Origin: Tubiluchus corallicola | Taxonomy: Eukaryota > Animalia > Priapulida | Assembly: GCA_030141605.1 (NCBI GenBank) | Contig: JAQGDQ010000297.1 | Coordinates: 1-64,000 of the forward strand | Direction: 5' to 3' | DNA: 64,000 nucleotides | Shown here: positions 28,741-60,652 of the stretch, in pieces | How the letters are laid out: each line of letters begins with the position of its first letter | How positions within the stretch are numbered: position 1 is the stretch's first letter | The notes under the pieces: generated by a model | Told to the model about the DNA's origin: nothing | Databases searched by the model: none | What the model saw: only the letters and a program-made list of their open reading frames with translations | Made by a program: the position numbers and the translations under genes

Positions 28741-30439
28741 ATAATTAATTTCTTAAGTTGTCATCTAAGAACAGGCTTCTAAATGCAATGAAGTAATGAG
28801 TACAATGCACTTACATGAGTAAAATGCTCAAATGTGCTACCAATGAAAACTAAACCATATATATTGTGTAAGTTTATTAGTCATTTCAAATTATTGTGAA
28901 ATTTAGCACAACATCATGCAAACAAAGAAGTTTTTACAAACTGAACATCCGTATGGATTACCATGGGATTCACTATCAAGTGTATCGTGTATACATTTCA
29001 CGTGATTTCGATATTCGTTCCGGATGGTTTTGTCCGCCATACTGATTCTGAACTGTTTACCTTGTAGAGGAGGAACATATGAACGTGGCTAAGACACGTC
29101 TGCTGGTTCAGCAGCTCATCGTAGGATATCCTTGGCAATGAGTCAGCTGCAATCATGCCATAAATGTCAGCATTGAGCAGGTTTGCCGTTGAGTGCTGGA
29201 TTCTGGTTTGCAGCGTGACCAAGCAAAAGAGAATGTTGAACGTACCTGAAAAGTTCATCCTCTTAGCAAAGCGAAAAGTTGGGTGAAGCAAAAGAGAAAA
29301 ATATGCAAAGGATCGTTGTTCCATAACTAAAAACTCTTACTCAGTACAATCAAAAACTGGCAAACATTGTCAACTATTGTGTTGGAGGTTCGAGAAAAGA
29401 TGTCGTCTTAGCTTATTTTACATGTACGCTAGTTGTACGCCCTCAGTGCGTGGTAGCCTCGCGGGCAAGAGTGGCAAATAATGAACTACCTGTCCTTTCA
29501 GTGACAAGTGATCGATTATCTGATGAAAAATGTGAGAAAAACGACAAAAATGCTGTCTTAACTTGCACAATATCTTATGAATTAATTTTTTTTAGTAATT
29601 TTGATGATTTCTTATTTGTAAGATGCATTTGATCATCATGTAAAATACATTAAAAATATTCAATAAATAAATTAATTAATTAATGACTGTGCCACAATTT
29701 TCCACTCATAAATTTACTGATAAAAAAATAAGGTTGGTAAAACAGCAAATAAAATTTAGTGTGAAAATTCGAGGTCTGTTGTAATAGAAAAACTATAAAA
29801 AGATAATCGTAATAAAGAAAAGTACCATGAGATATTTTGCAGCTTATGACGTATTTTCACATAGAAAGTATGTAATAATGAACATCTTTGCAAAATGACT
29901 AAAACGATACATTGCTGTCTTAGGAAAAGGTACTATAAAACAGATATACAAACAAGTAAAAAAACGGAAAACTTTAATCGCGTTTCAAACCTGTTTTCTG
30001 ACTCATTAATATACTTGAAACAAACAGACGCTCAAATTCTGTTACTGAAACTTATTAATGTACATTAATGTAATGAAGCTAAATTAATTTAGCTTTTTTT
30101 CTCCCTATATACAAAAGCATTAGTTAGTTTAAACGTAGTTTAGTCAGTATAACATATTTTTACGCAATAAGAAAATTATAATACGGCTAGAACCGGCTAG
30201 AGTTTTTGTAACGTAACAATCAGAAGAATGCAGATGATAAACTACAAACAGGTAGCGTTGCAGAATGACTAATCTGATGCTACTTTTGATTTTGATACTG
30301 ATATTATTGATTATTCATTATTGACAATGGTTTTCGTGTTTTTTCCTCGGTTTACGAGATCACTGTAGCCAAACAAAATTAACAGATATGAAAAGTTCTA
30401 AAAGGAACAAACTAAAACAACATCAATGTAATCAAGAGA

Positions 30440-30610
30440 GTTTTGAGAGAAGAAATATTGGTAGAAGGTCCGTCAGTCTAGGCGAAATTTGTTCTAGTAT
30501 ATTCTTGTAGAGTTTCATGACGATCCGTTACAAACTGGCGGAGTGTTAGACTTTTTTCTAAAAGTCATCCCGAAAAACAATGAGAACAACTTTCAGATGA
30601 GTTTAGCATA
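30440..30610 (-). mobile_element. Fragment of the repeat family seen at 61.6-62.5 kb
   Basis: Reverse complement GATCGTCATGAAACTCTACAAGAATATACTAGAA matches the unit near 62100. Confidence 0.7.
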
Positions 30611-32022
30611 AAAAATTGTTCTGCCCCTGTGGTTTTTTTAGTGAAGTGAATTGTTGTAAAGAAAATCTATAATTAATATTAAGAAAATTAATATAAAATC
30701 TAGAAAATATAATATAGTGTTATATAGAATAGTAATATAATATAGAAAATGTACAAAAGTCTATATTATAGAAGTGAAATGAAAGCACACACTAACTTTA
30801 AGAAATGCAGGCTTCAACTTCTTGCTAAGCTAACAATGTCACATTGAGAAATAAAGTACATGTGAATAAATTAACCTGCGACATTATTTCTACAAGCCAG
30901 CGGAACTCGTCCGTTTTGCCAAGTCATTTGTAGTATCCCCGCAAGCAGTTTTTCCTTTTGTTCTATACCTGTTCGGGACGTAGTTTTCGCACAGATGATA
31001 TTTTCACCTACTCTTACTCTCTCGGTGCACGTCACATGTCAAAAATATTCAATTTAAAATGGGTCAAATCACAAACCTCCTCCTCGAAGCTTAGCTGAGG
31101 TCAAACCCTGGTTTGCAGACTTAAATACAAAATGGCAATTGCTGGCTTTGTCTTTAGAACGTTTGTGGTTCATACACGTGTGTGCATAAAACGGAATTGA
31201 AACTGGTAGGATAAAATTTATACATCAATATCAACTACAAGCAATAGTATTAGAAGTATAAACATGTGCATTTAGAAGTACAGAAAAGTTTGAACAATTT
31301 TTATATAAATTGATGTAAGTAGACATCTAATTATATGCCTGTATAAGTTAAACAAAGTACCACCTATAATAAGATCAATCACGTTATTTACAACACATTA
31401 CTGAACTGCATTATAAGACTTCGGTGACATTTTAATGGATGCAATTAAGCAACAGTAAAAGTAAAGAAATTTTAACAGTTAATTTTTCTATCAGAATTTT
31501 GCGAGAAAACTCAAGAAGTAAAACAGAATGTCCGGTGAAACTATTTTCGTCAAGAATTATCAATAATTTCTGATTGTTTGCTGATAAGTGATTGATTTTC
31601 GTTCGGCATTGAAGTAATTTACGACCCCAATATCAAAATTGGGCCAGCAGCTGCATTTTCAGGCAGTTCTGTCATGGCTTAGAAGCCACACTTAGTAAAA
31701 ATTGATTTTCTTATTTTAATCCTCTACAGATGATTATAAAATTTACAAAGTTTCATTAAAATTAGCCAAAAAATTTTCCCGGTAGATAAACTGCAGACAA
31801 ACGACGCTGCAATAATAATCATAAAAAATATTGATTTTCGAGCTTTTTACTAATTCATGATTTGTAATTGTTGCGACACTCGTATATCTCTTGTCTATAC
31901 TTCTTGCTGAGTAAATTCGAAAATGCTCATATGTACTTAAAAATGACTTTTCACATTGTTAATTAATTTCATTTTAAATTTTACAAATAACTCATTATCA
32001 CTACTATAGATGTCATGGGATC

Positions 32023-33132
32023 ATGGCGACACTCCTTATTCTTGCTGTATCGGTAAGTAATTCATATCTGTGGATAATTGTTCATAAGATTAAATCACTT
32101 ATGCGCGAATCGCGTTTGAATAAAGATGGTTACGAAATACAAGCATACATCGAGTCAAATATTATTTTCTTTGTTTTCACACTGCGTGAACATGATTTAA
32201 CACTCTGCAAACCAACAATCGAGGAACTTATTTTTACGAAAAAACGGATTGCCGGGCAATGGTAAATGATATTTTAAATGACATATTCAGGCAGCTGGGT
32301 AGAAAAACTCAGTAGGCAAGTAACTCAATGCTTCACATTCCGGACAGGTTTACTTTTTTGTTGAATATGCTATGAAACAAAATGTATATTCAAATTTGTT
32401 GTCGTGAGGTAGTTTAATAATTCTGGTGCCTTCTTCTATATTTACATTTTGAAACCATTAATGCCAATCAACACGTTGCGATTTCTTGCTATAAAAATCG
32501 AGTGTAAATCTATAAATCTCTTGGGTGTTTCTGATAAGTGTGCAAAGCTTGTAAAATTTAAAACATTTTGCCAGACAGAAGAACTTGTAGAAAAGCAATG
32601 TGCCATTGTTTGTAGCAAAAGTACTTACAGATAGACTTGTCGACATTGGGACTTGCAAAAATCCATTAAAATATTGCCATTTTTGCAACAGGTCCACCAG
32701 TCGTCTTCGTCCGTTGGTTTTGGTCTTGGAGGTTATAAGTACTCACATATCTACCAACCACGTGGATATGTGAAGAGCTTCAATACCGGATTCCACGAAA
32801 ACTTTGGGCAAAATAACGCTTACTACAACCGCGACAATGCGCTCAATGCTTACAATGCGGCAGACTATGCCAATAACGGCTACGGAGTCGGCTACGGTCA
32901 CAAGTACAACAACGAGGGCAAGCTTCACCGTGATCTTGCCTACAATAAGAACTATGGGGATCAAGCAAAACATTTAGGACACTATCAAGCCAGACACGGG
33001 AAACACGGAATTTATTACGGTGGCTTGTACGGAGGCATAGGGCCTGGACCAGCTTATGGACATGGAGGTGGCTATGGAAGCGGTCATGGTTATGGGGGAC
33101 ATGGAGGTGGATATGGAGGTGGAAAGTGGTAA
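32023..33132 (+). CDS. Secreted Gly/Tyr/His/Asn-rich protein; join(32023..32052,32692..33132), 156 aa
   Basis: MATLLILAVS|VHQSSS signal-like start (TCG|gtaagt, caacag|GTC, phase 0); coding-like codon usage; NAY and GYG/GHG repeats ending GGGYGGGKW. Confidence 0.85.
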
Positions 33133-33419
33133 ATTTTGTGTCATGCTATAATTCTAATGACGTGTAAATTGAGGAGCATTTGGGTTCACTTATACTAGAC
33201 GTGTCATTGTGTTACTTTATGTAAGCTTATATCTCACCACAGTAATGACCAATTTCTGTTCTTCAAAGTAAAATGGCTTTCAAGATTGTAATTTTGCCAT
33301 AAATTTTCTTTAGATAATTATTCTTACATGTCTGTTATTTCTTAAAAACAAAATTTTTTAACTTTTGTTTATAACGGTTTGTTTGTTTACTTAGCCATGT
33401 CTTTGTTTTTTGTGTAATC

Positions 33420-34172
33420 CTTTCAGTTGTTGTCATTATTGTTGTTGTTTTGTTGTTGTTATTATGGTTGCCATTGTGGGTGTTGCTAATGCATTGTTGT
33501 CAATGTTGTTCTCGTTTGTTGTTGTTATAATTGTTATCAAACATGTCGTCACACTTGTGGCAGCTAACGTGGTTCATAGAGAAAAGGAACCGGAAGTAAA
33601 AGAAATCCGACTATAACGAAATGGAAGCAAAACTCGTCATTAATTTTAGTCTAACATATGATAGATTATCTCCGGGTGAAAAATAAAAATCAATAAATTG
33701 CTTAGGTTTTTAGTTAATAAAAATCACCTTGAAGGTATAGTCCGCCCTGGTGGACTAAAACTTGGTATTTTTCACTTATTTTTTTGGATTTTATATTTAG
33801 CTGTCATTATTGTCATAATTGTTACTGCTGTTTGTATGGCCCTGCCGCTTGTAATTAGCCTTTTTATCAGTGCTTTCGCTCTTGCTGTTGTTACCGTTTA
33901 ACTGTTGTTGTCGTGTTGTCGTTGTCATCATTATCGTCGCTGTTGTTTGCTGTATTGTGTCTCGACAGTTAGGCAATCTGTCATTGTTGTTCACGTTGCT
34001 GTGGCCTGTAGCAGTTATGATGCTTTTGAAGTTACCACTGTTTCTACTTTTGCACAAGTGTACTACCGTCTACGAGTTATTATTTGATGTTGTTGTTTTT
34101 GCCGTTTGTTATTTTTGTTGTGTTCGTTGTTTACTTTATTGTTGTTGTTGCTGTTTGTTTGATGATGATGTT

Positions 34173-34203
<31 letters not shown>

Positions 34204-34250
34204 GTTCGTTGTTTACTTTGCTGATGTTATTGCTATTGTTATTATTATTA

Positions 34251-34329
<79 letters not shown>

Positions 34330-34444
34330 GTTGTTGTTGTTGTTGTGTTAGTTACTATTATTGTTGCTGTTACTGTTTTTCGTGGCATGTGCATGATTTT
34401 GTTTGTACCGACGTTAATGTTTTTTCTGCTGCTGCTGCTGCTGC

Positions 34445-34498
<54 letters not shown>

Positions 34499-34615
34499 AT
34501 TAGTTACTATTATTGGTGCTGTTACTGTTTTTCGTGGTGCGTGCATGATTTTGTTTGTACCGTTGTTAGTGTTTTTTCTGCTGCTGCTGCTGTTGTTGTT
34601 GTTGTTGTTGTTGTT

Positions 34616-34672
<57 letters not shown>

Positions 34673-34810
34673 ATTGTTGTTGTTGTTGTTGTATTAGTTA
34701 CTATTATTGGTGCTGTTACTGTTTTTCGTGGTGCGTGCATGATTTTGTTTGTACCGTTGTTAGTGTTTTTTTTGTTATTGTTATTCTTATTACTATTTTT
34801 GTTTTTATTA
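33420..34810. repeat. (GTT)n/(ATT)n/(GCT)n low-complexity tract with a triplicated about 80-bp spacer
   Basis: Spacer TTAGTTACTATTATTGGTGCTGTTACTG..GTACCG recurs at about 34348, 34500 and 34694. Confidence 0.92.
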
Positions 34811-36224
34811 GTAGATTTTTGTTAATAATAGTTGATTTTTTGTTTATCTGCTGCCAAGTTTTTGTTTTTGTAAAAATATTTGCTAGTGCAGTCTTATGCC
34901 TTACTTTTTACATTTCTACTGACTGCCAAGCTGTCAACAGTACTGCTGCTTCTCCAATCTCGTGATACGGCGTACTTAACATATAAGCACAATTGTTGAG
35001 CACCGTCTATTAGTTAACTGCAGTCTTTGTTGTGTCACAAAAACAAAACGTCTTTCATGTGCTCGTAAACACATAATAATTAGAATTTAGCCGTTAAATA
35101 GTTCAATTTGTTTGAATTGTATTGCATGATTTTTTTCACCTTCGTGTTCCTGTTTTTGTCGTCTAGTTCACGAAGTTTTCACGGAATTGCGCTATATGTC
35201 GATCAAACTGTGGAGTCGTTAATATTTTTAATGTTTTTATGTTGCCTTTGTTTTTACTTTAGTTCGTCACGCTGAGAAACATTTTTTTCTGTAGTACTAG
35301 CGATAGGTTGTTAACTTGTTATATTACAGTTTATTGTTCATAATAAATTAATTCAGTATTGTTCAATCTGTTTCTAACTTGTATGTTTGTAACTGTATAT
35401 ACCAGATTGTGTATTTTAAACAAAATTTAGCGAAGCGAATGATGATGGCGGGGTTTAAAATTTCACAATTTACAGTTCCTCTGCCCAATGAAAGTATTGT
35501 GAAAAACTGTTGCAAAAACCCGACATTTTAAATGCATTTTTCGAATACGCAGGCATTTTTACAAACGTGAAATTGAAAAAAGTTGAAACTTTAAAATATT
35601 AAAAGAGCCTGACTTTTCATTTCAAATTTTATTGTTGGAAGGTGTGGCTAACATTTACAATGTGCAGTAATGTTTATAAAAATGAAATTGAAATAAAGTT
35701 CAAGCTTTAAAACAAAAAAACTTGATTTTACAAATCTTATTGCCTGGGACGTGCGAGTAAGATGAACATGTACTTGATAGTAACACTGTGACACTTCTAG
35801 ATCCTACTTAAAGTTGCCATTACATACATCTCATAGACGATTAAAAAATTTTCGCTGTGTAAACAACCTTCACGTGATACACAGGAGGTATCAAGACTTC
35901 ACAGGGCCCAAGGCTGATAGATCTGTCTCGCCCTATCTGTATTGTGAATTTATGATTGGTTATGTACTGAACAGATTAAACAATTACTTGTGGTGTATTA
36001 ATAATACTATTAACCTAGTTTCTACATGAGCTTTGTTAATTACGTGTATATGAGCTACGCTTATATAAAAGCAGGCTGCGCAACTGTTTGTTGTGTAGTA
36101 CCTTGTACTTCTTCGTTATATGGCACTTATATAACTGCTGGTCTAAGTAGTAGCTGCCTATGGTGTGTTATGAACGGATACACATTTTCCGAGGACAATA
36201 AGAATTTTTTTTAAAATTGGACGC

Positions 36225-36298
36225 TTGAAATGTGGCGCCCCTCAGACATTGGCGCTCTAGGCTGTAGCCTAGTTAGCTTATTGGTTAATACGCCTGTG
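36225..36298 (+). mobile_element. Degenerate end of a hAT-type element related to the 2.2-kb MITE
   Basis: GGCGCTCTAGGC..GCTTATTGGTTAATACGCCTGTG resembles GGTGCCTTAGG..GCTTATGCGTTAATCCGGCCCTG. Confidence 0.45.
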
Positions 36299-38677
36299 GT
36301 GATACATACAGCTGATAATGAGTTTACTGATCAGAATGTTAGGGTGGAAAATGTGTACTGTCAGGTTGAAATATTTAATCTGTTTCCTGTCAGTGAAATT
36401 GATCTTCAGTATTTATTAGAAATGAATATATGAAGTTAGATATTTCTGCTATTCATTTAGGCCAGATATTTCTGTATCATAGAAGCGCAAAGAAAAAACT
36501 CGAAGATTTGCTTAGAGTACGTTACCTCTTAGATGTTCCTCTTAGAGTACCTTAAGATGTAGGCCTACCCTATGACCGCATGTGTTGGAGGAACTTATGA
36601 CAGTGTCAAAAATATTCACACATTGACCTGAGCTTGGTTATGATACCCTATGTTTCAGCCTTGTAACCTATAGGTAAATCCTCCATGACCACGCTGTTCC
36701 TGATGTAATAATTAATAAGTTGGTAAAATATGCTAGCTCTTGCTATATGCTACATTGTCTTGCAAGTTTCATCTTTGGGTGATCTTGGAACGTGATCCAG
36801 TGTTTTCCACAGTCTCATTTTAATATTGCAACGATACAGGTGTACCTCAAGGGGCTCGGGATGCCACTTTCTTTTGCGTCCTTTACCAAATTAACCTGCT
36901 GATTCACCTAAACATACCCTTTCGTTTCTAAGCGCGCTTTTGAGTACTACTTTCAGTACTCTCTAATGAGTGATCTTAAACGCTCAGATTGGTTAGGTCA
37001 ACATACATTTATAAATGGGGATTATCTGTGCAAGATATTTGAGATATTCACATAGATAAATTAAGAAAAGTTCGATTGTATGTCATAGTGCTCTCGCAGT
37101 TAAAAGTGTAATGAAAGACGAGTAAACAGTAATAGTAATTGTTGATTGGTGGAACAGAAGAAATTTATGTTTACAAAGTGAACAAAATGCGTGTTTTTGA
37201 TTTTGCAAAGTAGCATTTTTTATTGATGTCAGTTTGCTCGTCGAGAAGGTTGTGTGTATCCACGCTATCCACGGTAGATTCATCTTTTATGTCCCGGTAT
37301 CACGAAATCCTGATAATTTATTATATTCATCTTATACACAACAATGTTATTATGTTTTCCCGTGAAGAACTTTCACCGTTTTTAACCCAAGTTTATAAAT
37401 CTGTTTACTTACATCTGCAGATTTTAGTGTTTCATTACAGTCACGTGCTCTTATCCGAAAAGCCCTTTCAATTCAAGAATGACCGAGTTTGTTCACTCGA
37501 AACGCAATAATCACGAAAAGAGGATCTTACTTAGTAAATCAGGAATTATTGCGTGCTTAGAAATTTAGTCAAGATAAGTTTCTGGCTTTACTAGCCATTT
37601 ATAGATTTTATTGCCGTTTGGTACTCAAAATACTTATTTCGTTTTCTTTAGAAGCTTAAAGCTCAAGAAACCCTCCACTTACATCAAGTTTAAAAAATTC
37701 GTCTTGAAATTTTGTACCACTTACATACTGATTTTTGCATGAAGGGCTTAAGTACGTCGTAACACTGTATAAAACGTGTAAATTTCAACTCCTGCGATGA
37801 CCGTTAGATGCAGCCATTTTGTTGGTAAGTCATTTGAAACAAATTTCGATAAAATTGAGTAAAGTTTGAAAAAATAATCAGAGTATTCGTAGCATACATG
37901 TTGCTAACTAAATAAAATTTTTAATTACTGTATCTTGTCAATAAGATCAAAAATATGTTTTTGGTTAGTGAGTGGCGCACCCTGGCGGGTGAATCATCGA
38001 CATTTTACCATTTGGCACAAACATTTTAAATTATTATTTCTAATTACATAAATCTTTCAACCAGGTAAGCGAAATACTAAGTAAGATTTAGGCGATTTTT
38101 CTGAAACCTTCTTCAGAAATCATTTTTCTTGTCCTTTTATTAACAGAAGGTTTATCTTGTGAACAATAAGCTTGAACTGAATAATCATTTTCCTCCGCGA
38201 CCTTTTCAACTTAATTAGAGTAATTAAGAAAAATGGAGAACCAGGTAAGGTTTTCTTTACGAAAATATTTCATTTATTAACTTACAGATACATAAAATAA
38301 CAAGCTTTTGTAATAGTAATAATGCTACATTAGTACCGCAGTAATAGCTGCATAACAATTATTTATTTACAACTTTTAATGCATAATTACGCAAAATCAG
38401 TTTTAGTAATGGTATATACACATGACAACCTTAAAATTTTGTACTTCCCATAACTATTCGGGTAAAATTACTTTTTCCAGAAATATAAAGCTTTTTAACT
38501 TGGGGCCATACTTAGGTAAATTTATCTATGTTTACTTAGACAAATACTTTTGAATACATAAGTGTGCTTACAATTGCAGTAGCATCATGTACATGTAATC
38601 TGCATTACGCGTTATGCACAGATATGCGATGCAAAAGATGGTCCACCATTATTCAATAAATTTACCGCTGATAAAAC

Positions 38678-38868
38678 CAAAGTTATGCTTAGAATTTTTA
38701 CGTCATGCATAATTACTTGTTGATCATACAAACTAAATAATGCTTGACTGCAAATATTTTTATGCTTAGTTATGCTAAATTCTAAGCAAAAACAAAGTTA
38801 TGCTTATAATTTTTACGTCATGCATAATTACTTGTTGATCATACAAACTAAATAATGCTTGACTGCAA
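38678..38868. repeat. Local direct duplication (about 75-bp core, 115-bp period)
   Basis: CAAAGTTATGCTTA..GCTTGACTGCAA at 38678 and 38793. Confidence 0.9.
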
Positions 38869-40627
38869 CCATTTTTCAGCAGTATAATTATTAATACAGC
38901 AATGCACGTGGCGCCATCAGTTGTCTAACAAAAAAGAGAAAACATCAAAAATCAGTGCCTACTCACAATGAATACTGCAGTCAATTCATGTGTCTAAACT
39001 TATATACAAAAATAGATAGTTAAATTGTCTGTTTCCATTATAATTAAAGAGAATGTTGACGTAAATCGTCAAAAATTTTGTGTGAAAATTACTGCAGCGC
39101 CACCTAGCTACATTTGTTGGCAATGTTAAAGCACAAAGTTACAAATCCTTTTCTTACTAATTGTGTGACTTGAAAGGAATAGGTGCAACAGATTTATAGT
39201 GGCAACTGATTATAATAAATTTAAACACTTTTAGTCGCAGAAATAGTTCTGATGTAAGCTCTCCGATGAGCTTTCTTTCTATGTGGGAGGTTGTGGTCTT
39301 AATTCTGCGACCGTGTAGGCCTAATACCAGACATGAAATATGCTATTGCTGATTCTTCGACCAAGCACACAGAATAATCGAAGTAACATGCGGGCAATAA
39401 TACTAATCACTGTTATGTAGGCTAAAATTATTTATCTAGCGCCCGACGCATACAGAAAGAGGACCATGTCCAATGTGTTCACAAGAATAAATAAAATGAT
39501 AAAGTCGATTATTATTATTAGTATTTTGAAGGTACAGCTGCAGTTCCTGTTTACGTCCTTCAGGTACCATCCAATTAGCTGATTACGTAGCATGTTTGGT
39601 CATCCATTGATAGAGTTTCATATAAAGTAGTAACAAATGGTGGACCAACTGTGCACCATTCCTACATACCTCTCCACCATTCCTATATACCATTCTTACA
39701 TACTGCTAATGCTCCCCAGCCTGCTAAACTGCCAAACTGCCATGGATACCAAGCTAACTGCACGCCGAGAATGCTGCAAACTGTCGTTTGTCAAAATTGC
39801 TAAACTGCTAACAACGACATTTACAAAATGACAAACAGTTTCCATTGAGTACGAGAGACTTTAAAGATGTTTCGCTTTTTGTGATTCATTTCCGTAGTCG
39901 ACATTATATCATGCCAGTAGGTCTGAATTATTGAGTCTAGCTAAGCCCATGAAAGTAACAAATTTTCCGGATTTAATTTTATTTTAATTAGCTGATGTTC
40001 AATTAGAATTGAACTAACAAGACAGGTTCATCTGTATCCACTACAGCTTTCACTTCATATTGCCAAACAATCCTCATTAGAATTCCACGTCTCAAATGAA
40101 TTCCAGTTGCAGTCATGTTCTGTGAGACCTAGTTCTTTTCTAAGCAGTATTAACTCTCTTCTATCATATAATGTTGAAAAGCCCAGCTGAGTTTTAGTTT
40201 TGTGGCTTAAGAGTTCATTTGATGTCTCCACAGACGGTACGTTGTGCCACTGGATAACTGGATCGCTAACCATCTTCTTAAACTTCTGCAACAGACCCGA
40301 CGACGTCGGGTTTAGGATTCAACGTCAACATTCTGAGCGTGGTTACTCACAAAATCACTTGCAATGTTAGATCCGCAATTACCTGAGACACACCAGGAGT
40401 ATTGGCGCAACTAGTTAATTCTTTTCATATCACATACGTTTCCATACGGCCGTAGCAACAGTCATAGTCCATCTGCAAATTATAGCTCAATCATGCCTTC
40501 TCCGCCAAAATAACGTTAATTTTGTTATTAACTTTGCAAATTGTGTTTTAGGCTATAGGACTTTCGCTCAAGCTGTGTTTGGCAGTTCTCGTTTTTGCAG
40601 GGTTCGTATGCTCGCCATACGATGAAA

Positions 40628-58282
<17,655 letters not shown>

Positions 58283-60287
58283 CTGAAATGGACAATAACG
58301 TTGCTGATTTAATTACAAAATTCATTATGTATGCGCGATAAATGCCTTAATTTATGGTTTTAATGTCCCTGCAATAAAACCGTCTAAATTGAAACTGAGA
58401 CTTCTGTATGACTGAGCGAGAGCTTTGATTTGTTGCATAATCATAGGCAATAAAAACTTTAACATCCTCGATGTTTCTTCTCCAGGCAAATGTTTTTCGA
58501 TTCAGTTTCTTCTCGCCACCTCTTCTGCATTTTCACTCTTTATCTTTGCTTTTCTTTGTTTGTGTCTATCTTTGTATACTCTAACCCTTCATGCTCTCTC
58601 CACCACCAGTACTTTCAGTTTTTTAGGTCAAGAGTTAGAAATGGGTCATAAATTTGGCCCTCATTCGACCCCAACCCACCGTGACCCACATTTATACCAC
58701 AAATATTACAGTGTCGCATATTTTACATGGTAATGTTTTGACTAATCACTATGCATAAAGAAAATTGCCCAGTGTTATTGAGAGAATACCACTGATATAC
58801 ACCTCAGAGAGCCTTACCACTCAAAATAACTTAATTTAAAATAAAAAAGAACAGAAACGAAGCAAATTTTAAATTGAGAACATTGAGAAAAATGGGAAAT
58901 TTCTTTAAACAAAATTGTCTGAAACAATAAGTATCAATTACGCTACGGTAGTTTTCTTGCTCACGCAAGTCTTGCAATGGATGCACACCCGAGTGTTGAG
59001 GTAGCTAATTGCTCACCCACCCACCTTTCAATTTCTGTATAGGAATGTTTTACGAGCTGCAATAAAACAAGATTGAACAACCAACAACAAACGAGTAAAT
59101 GAGTCTGCATTTGAACCTGGTTTTCGTTACCGAACCTCTAACAGCTGAACGAACAGCTGAAGTCCATTTTTGGTGAAATTTGGTGAAGTAATCACTTAGT
59201 GTTTTGCTCTAGGTAGGACAGCAAAGACAACAAGGTTCATGTCCAGAATAAAAAAGGGCATCTAGAAATGATTATTTGATAAAACCAGTTCTAACAGGAG
59301 AATAATTGGGTGCACTATTATCACTGCCAAGCATCAATTTACATATAACTAACAATTTAAGAGAAACTCTATACGCTTTTAATCAAGTTTTGTTATCAAA
59401 CCATTTGAACAACAAATCGCATTTAACAAACTGACATTTGGCAACAACTTGCTTTGATAATTAACGTGTACATGAGTCTGCAACACTGCACTTCTTAGAA
59501 GACACGCATGTGATGAGTTTTAGTGCTTTGTTGAAGCTTTTAAATCTGATTTTGCTAAAATTCAGTCTATGAATATATTTTATGTTTTAATTGTTTCAAG
59601 AGCTAATAACTACGAGCTGCATTAATAGGCCGAAAATCAATTAATAATCTTGAACTTGAACTTAAACTTATGCTGTATTTATAGATCTATAAAAATATAA
59701 TAATGATTTAAGTTTAAGCTTAGTTTACACTAGGCGTTATGCAGGTATACCCGAAAAGCATAGGCTTTTACTTGGTCTAGGTTATCGTCACATAATTTAT
59801 TAGTTGAGACTGGTCGTTGGGCTAGGGTACCCAGAGAACGACGTCTTTTCCCATGCGACCGTTCGAGCATTCAAAATGAGGAACATGTCTTATATACGAG
59901 ATGTATCTATATACGTATGTCCTATATATCTCGTAGATGTAGTATTACTGTTGATTTAGGAGATGATTCTAACTTGAACTTTGATACTATATGTGACTTG
60001 CCCAAAATGGATTGACCTGTCCTTGTGATTTATCTCTTGTCTGCTCTTATGTTTATAACTGCTTTAATCGCTTTAGTTAATTTTTCCGTTAGTTTCTATG
60101 AGCTCAGGATGTTTAGTACTACACTTTCATATTAATAACCAATATACACACGTCATCCGTTATTTGTTGGAAACTTTTGTAATCGTCTTGTGTCTAGCGC
60201 AAGTAGTGATTAGGTGTAATTTGTCTATTTGTAATTCGTCAGCTGGTTGTTTTGTTTCATAATTTGCATATGCATGTACGTTTGGCC

Positions 60288-60558
60288 TATGTATGTATGT
60301 ATGTATGTATGTATGTATGTATGTATGTATGTATGTATGTATGTATGTATGTATGTATGTATGTATGTATGTATGTATGTATGTATGTATGTATGTATGT
60401 ATGTATGTATGTATGTATGTATGTATGTATGTATGCATGTATGTATGTATGCATGTATTTTATGGTTTTACGTGTGTGTACGTATTTGATTTTATATTTA
60501 ATTTTGTTTCGATGACAATGACAACGACGACGACAACAACAACAACAACAACAACAGC

Positions 60559-60615
<57 letters not shown>

Positions 60616-60616
60616 A

Positions 60617-60650
<34 letters not shown>
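60288..60650. repeat. (TATG)n then (AAC)n(AAT)n microsatellites
   Basis: Directly visible. Confidence 0.97.

Positions 60651-60652
<2 letters not shown>

Noticed and set aside
33410-34965. Poly-L/V/C/T ORFs
   Set aside because: Trinucleotide microsatellite translations.
37083-37830. Several in-frame TGA codons suggesting a selenoprotein
   Set aside because: Exon phases do not give one frame, other stops occur, and no SECIS was recognised.
39637-40291. Short ORFs downstream of the Ig-CAM stop
   Set aside because: No recognisable domain; more likely Ig-CAM 3' UTR, possibly with a LINE remnant (LGFSTLYDRR).
59760-59880. Possible missing first half of Ig1 (MGKDVVL.., DNLDQ)
   Set aside because: Motif pieces lie in different frames and splice sites are weak; the real exon is probably beyond the window.
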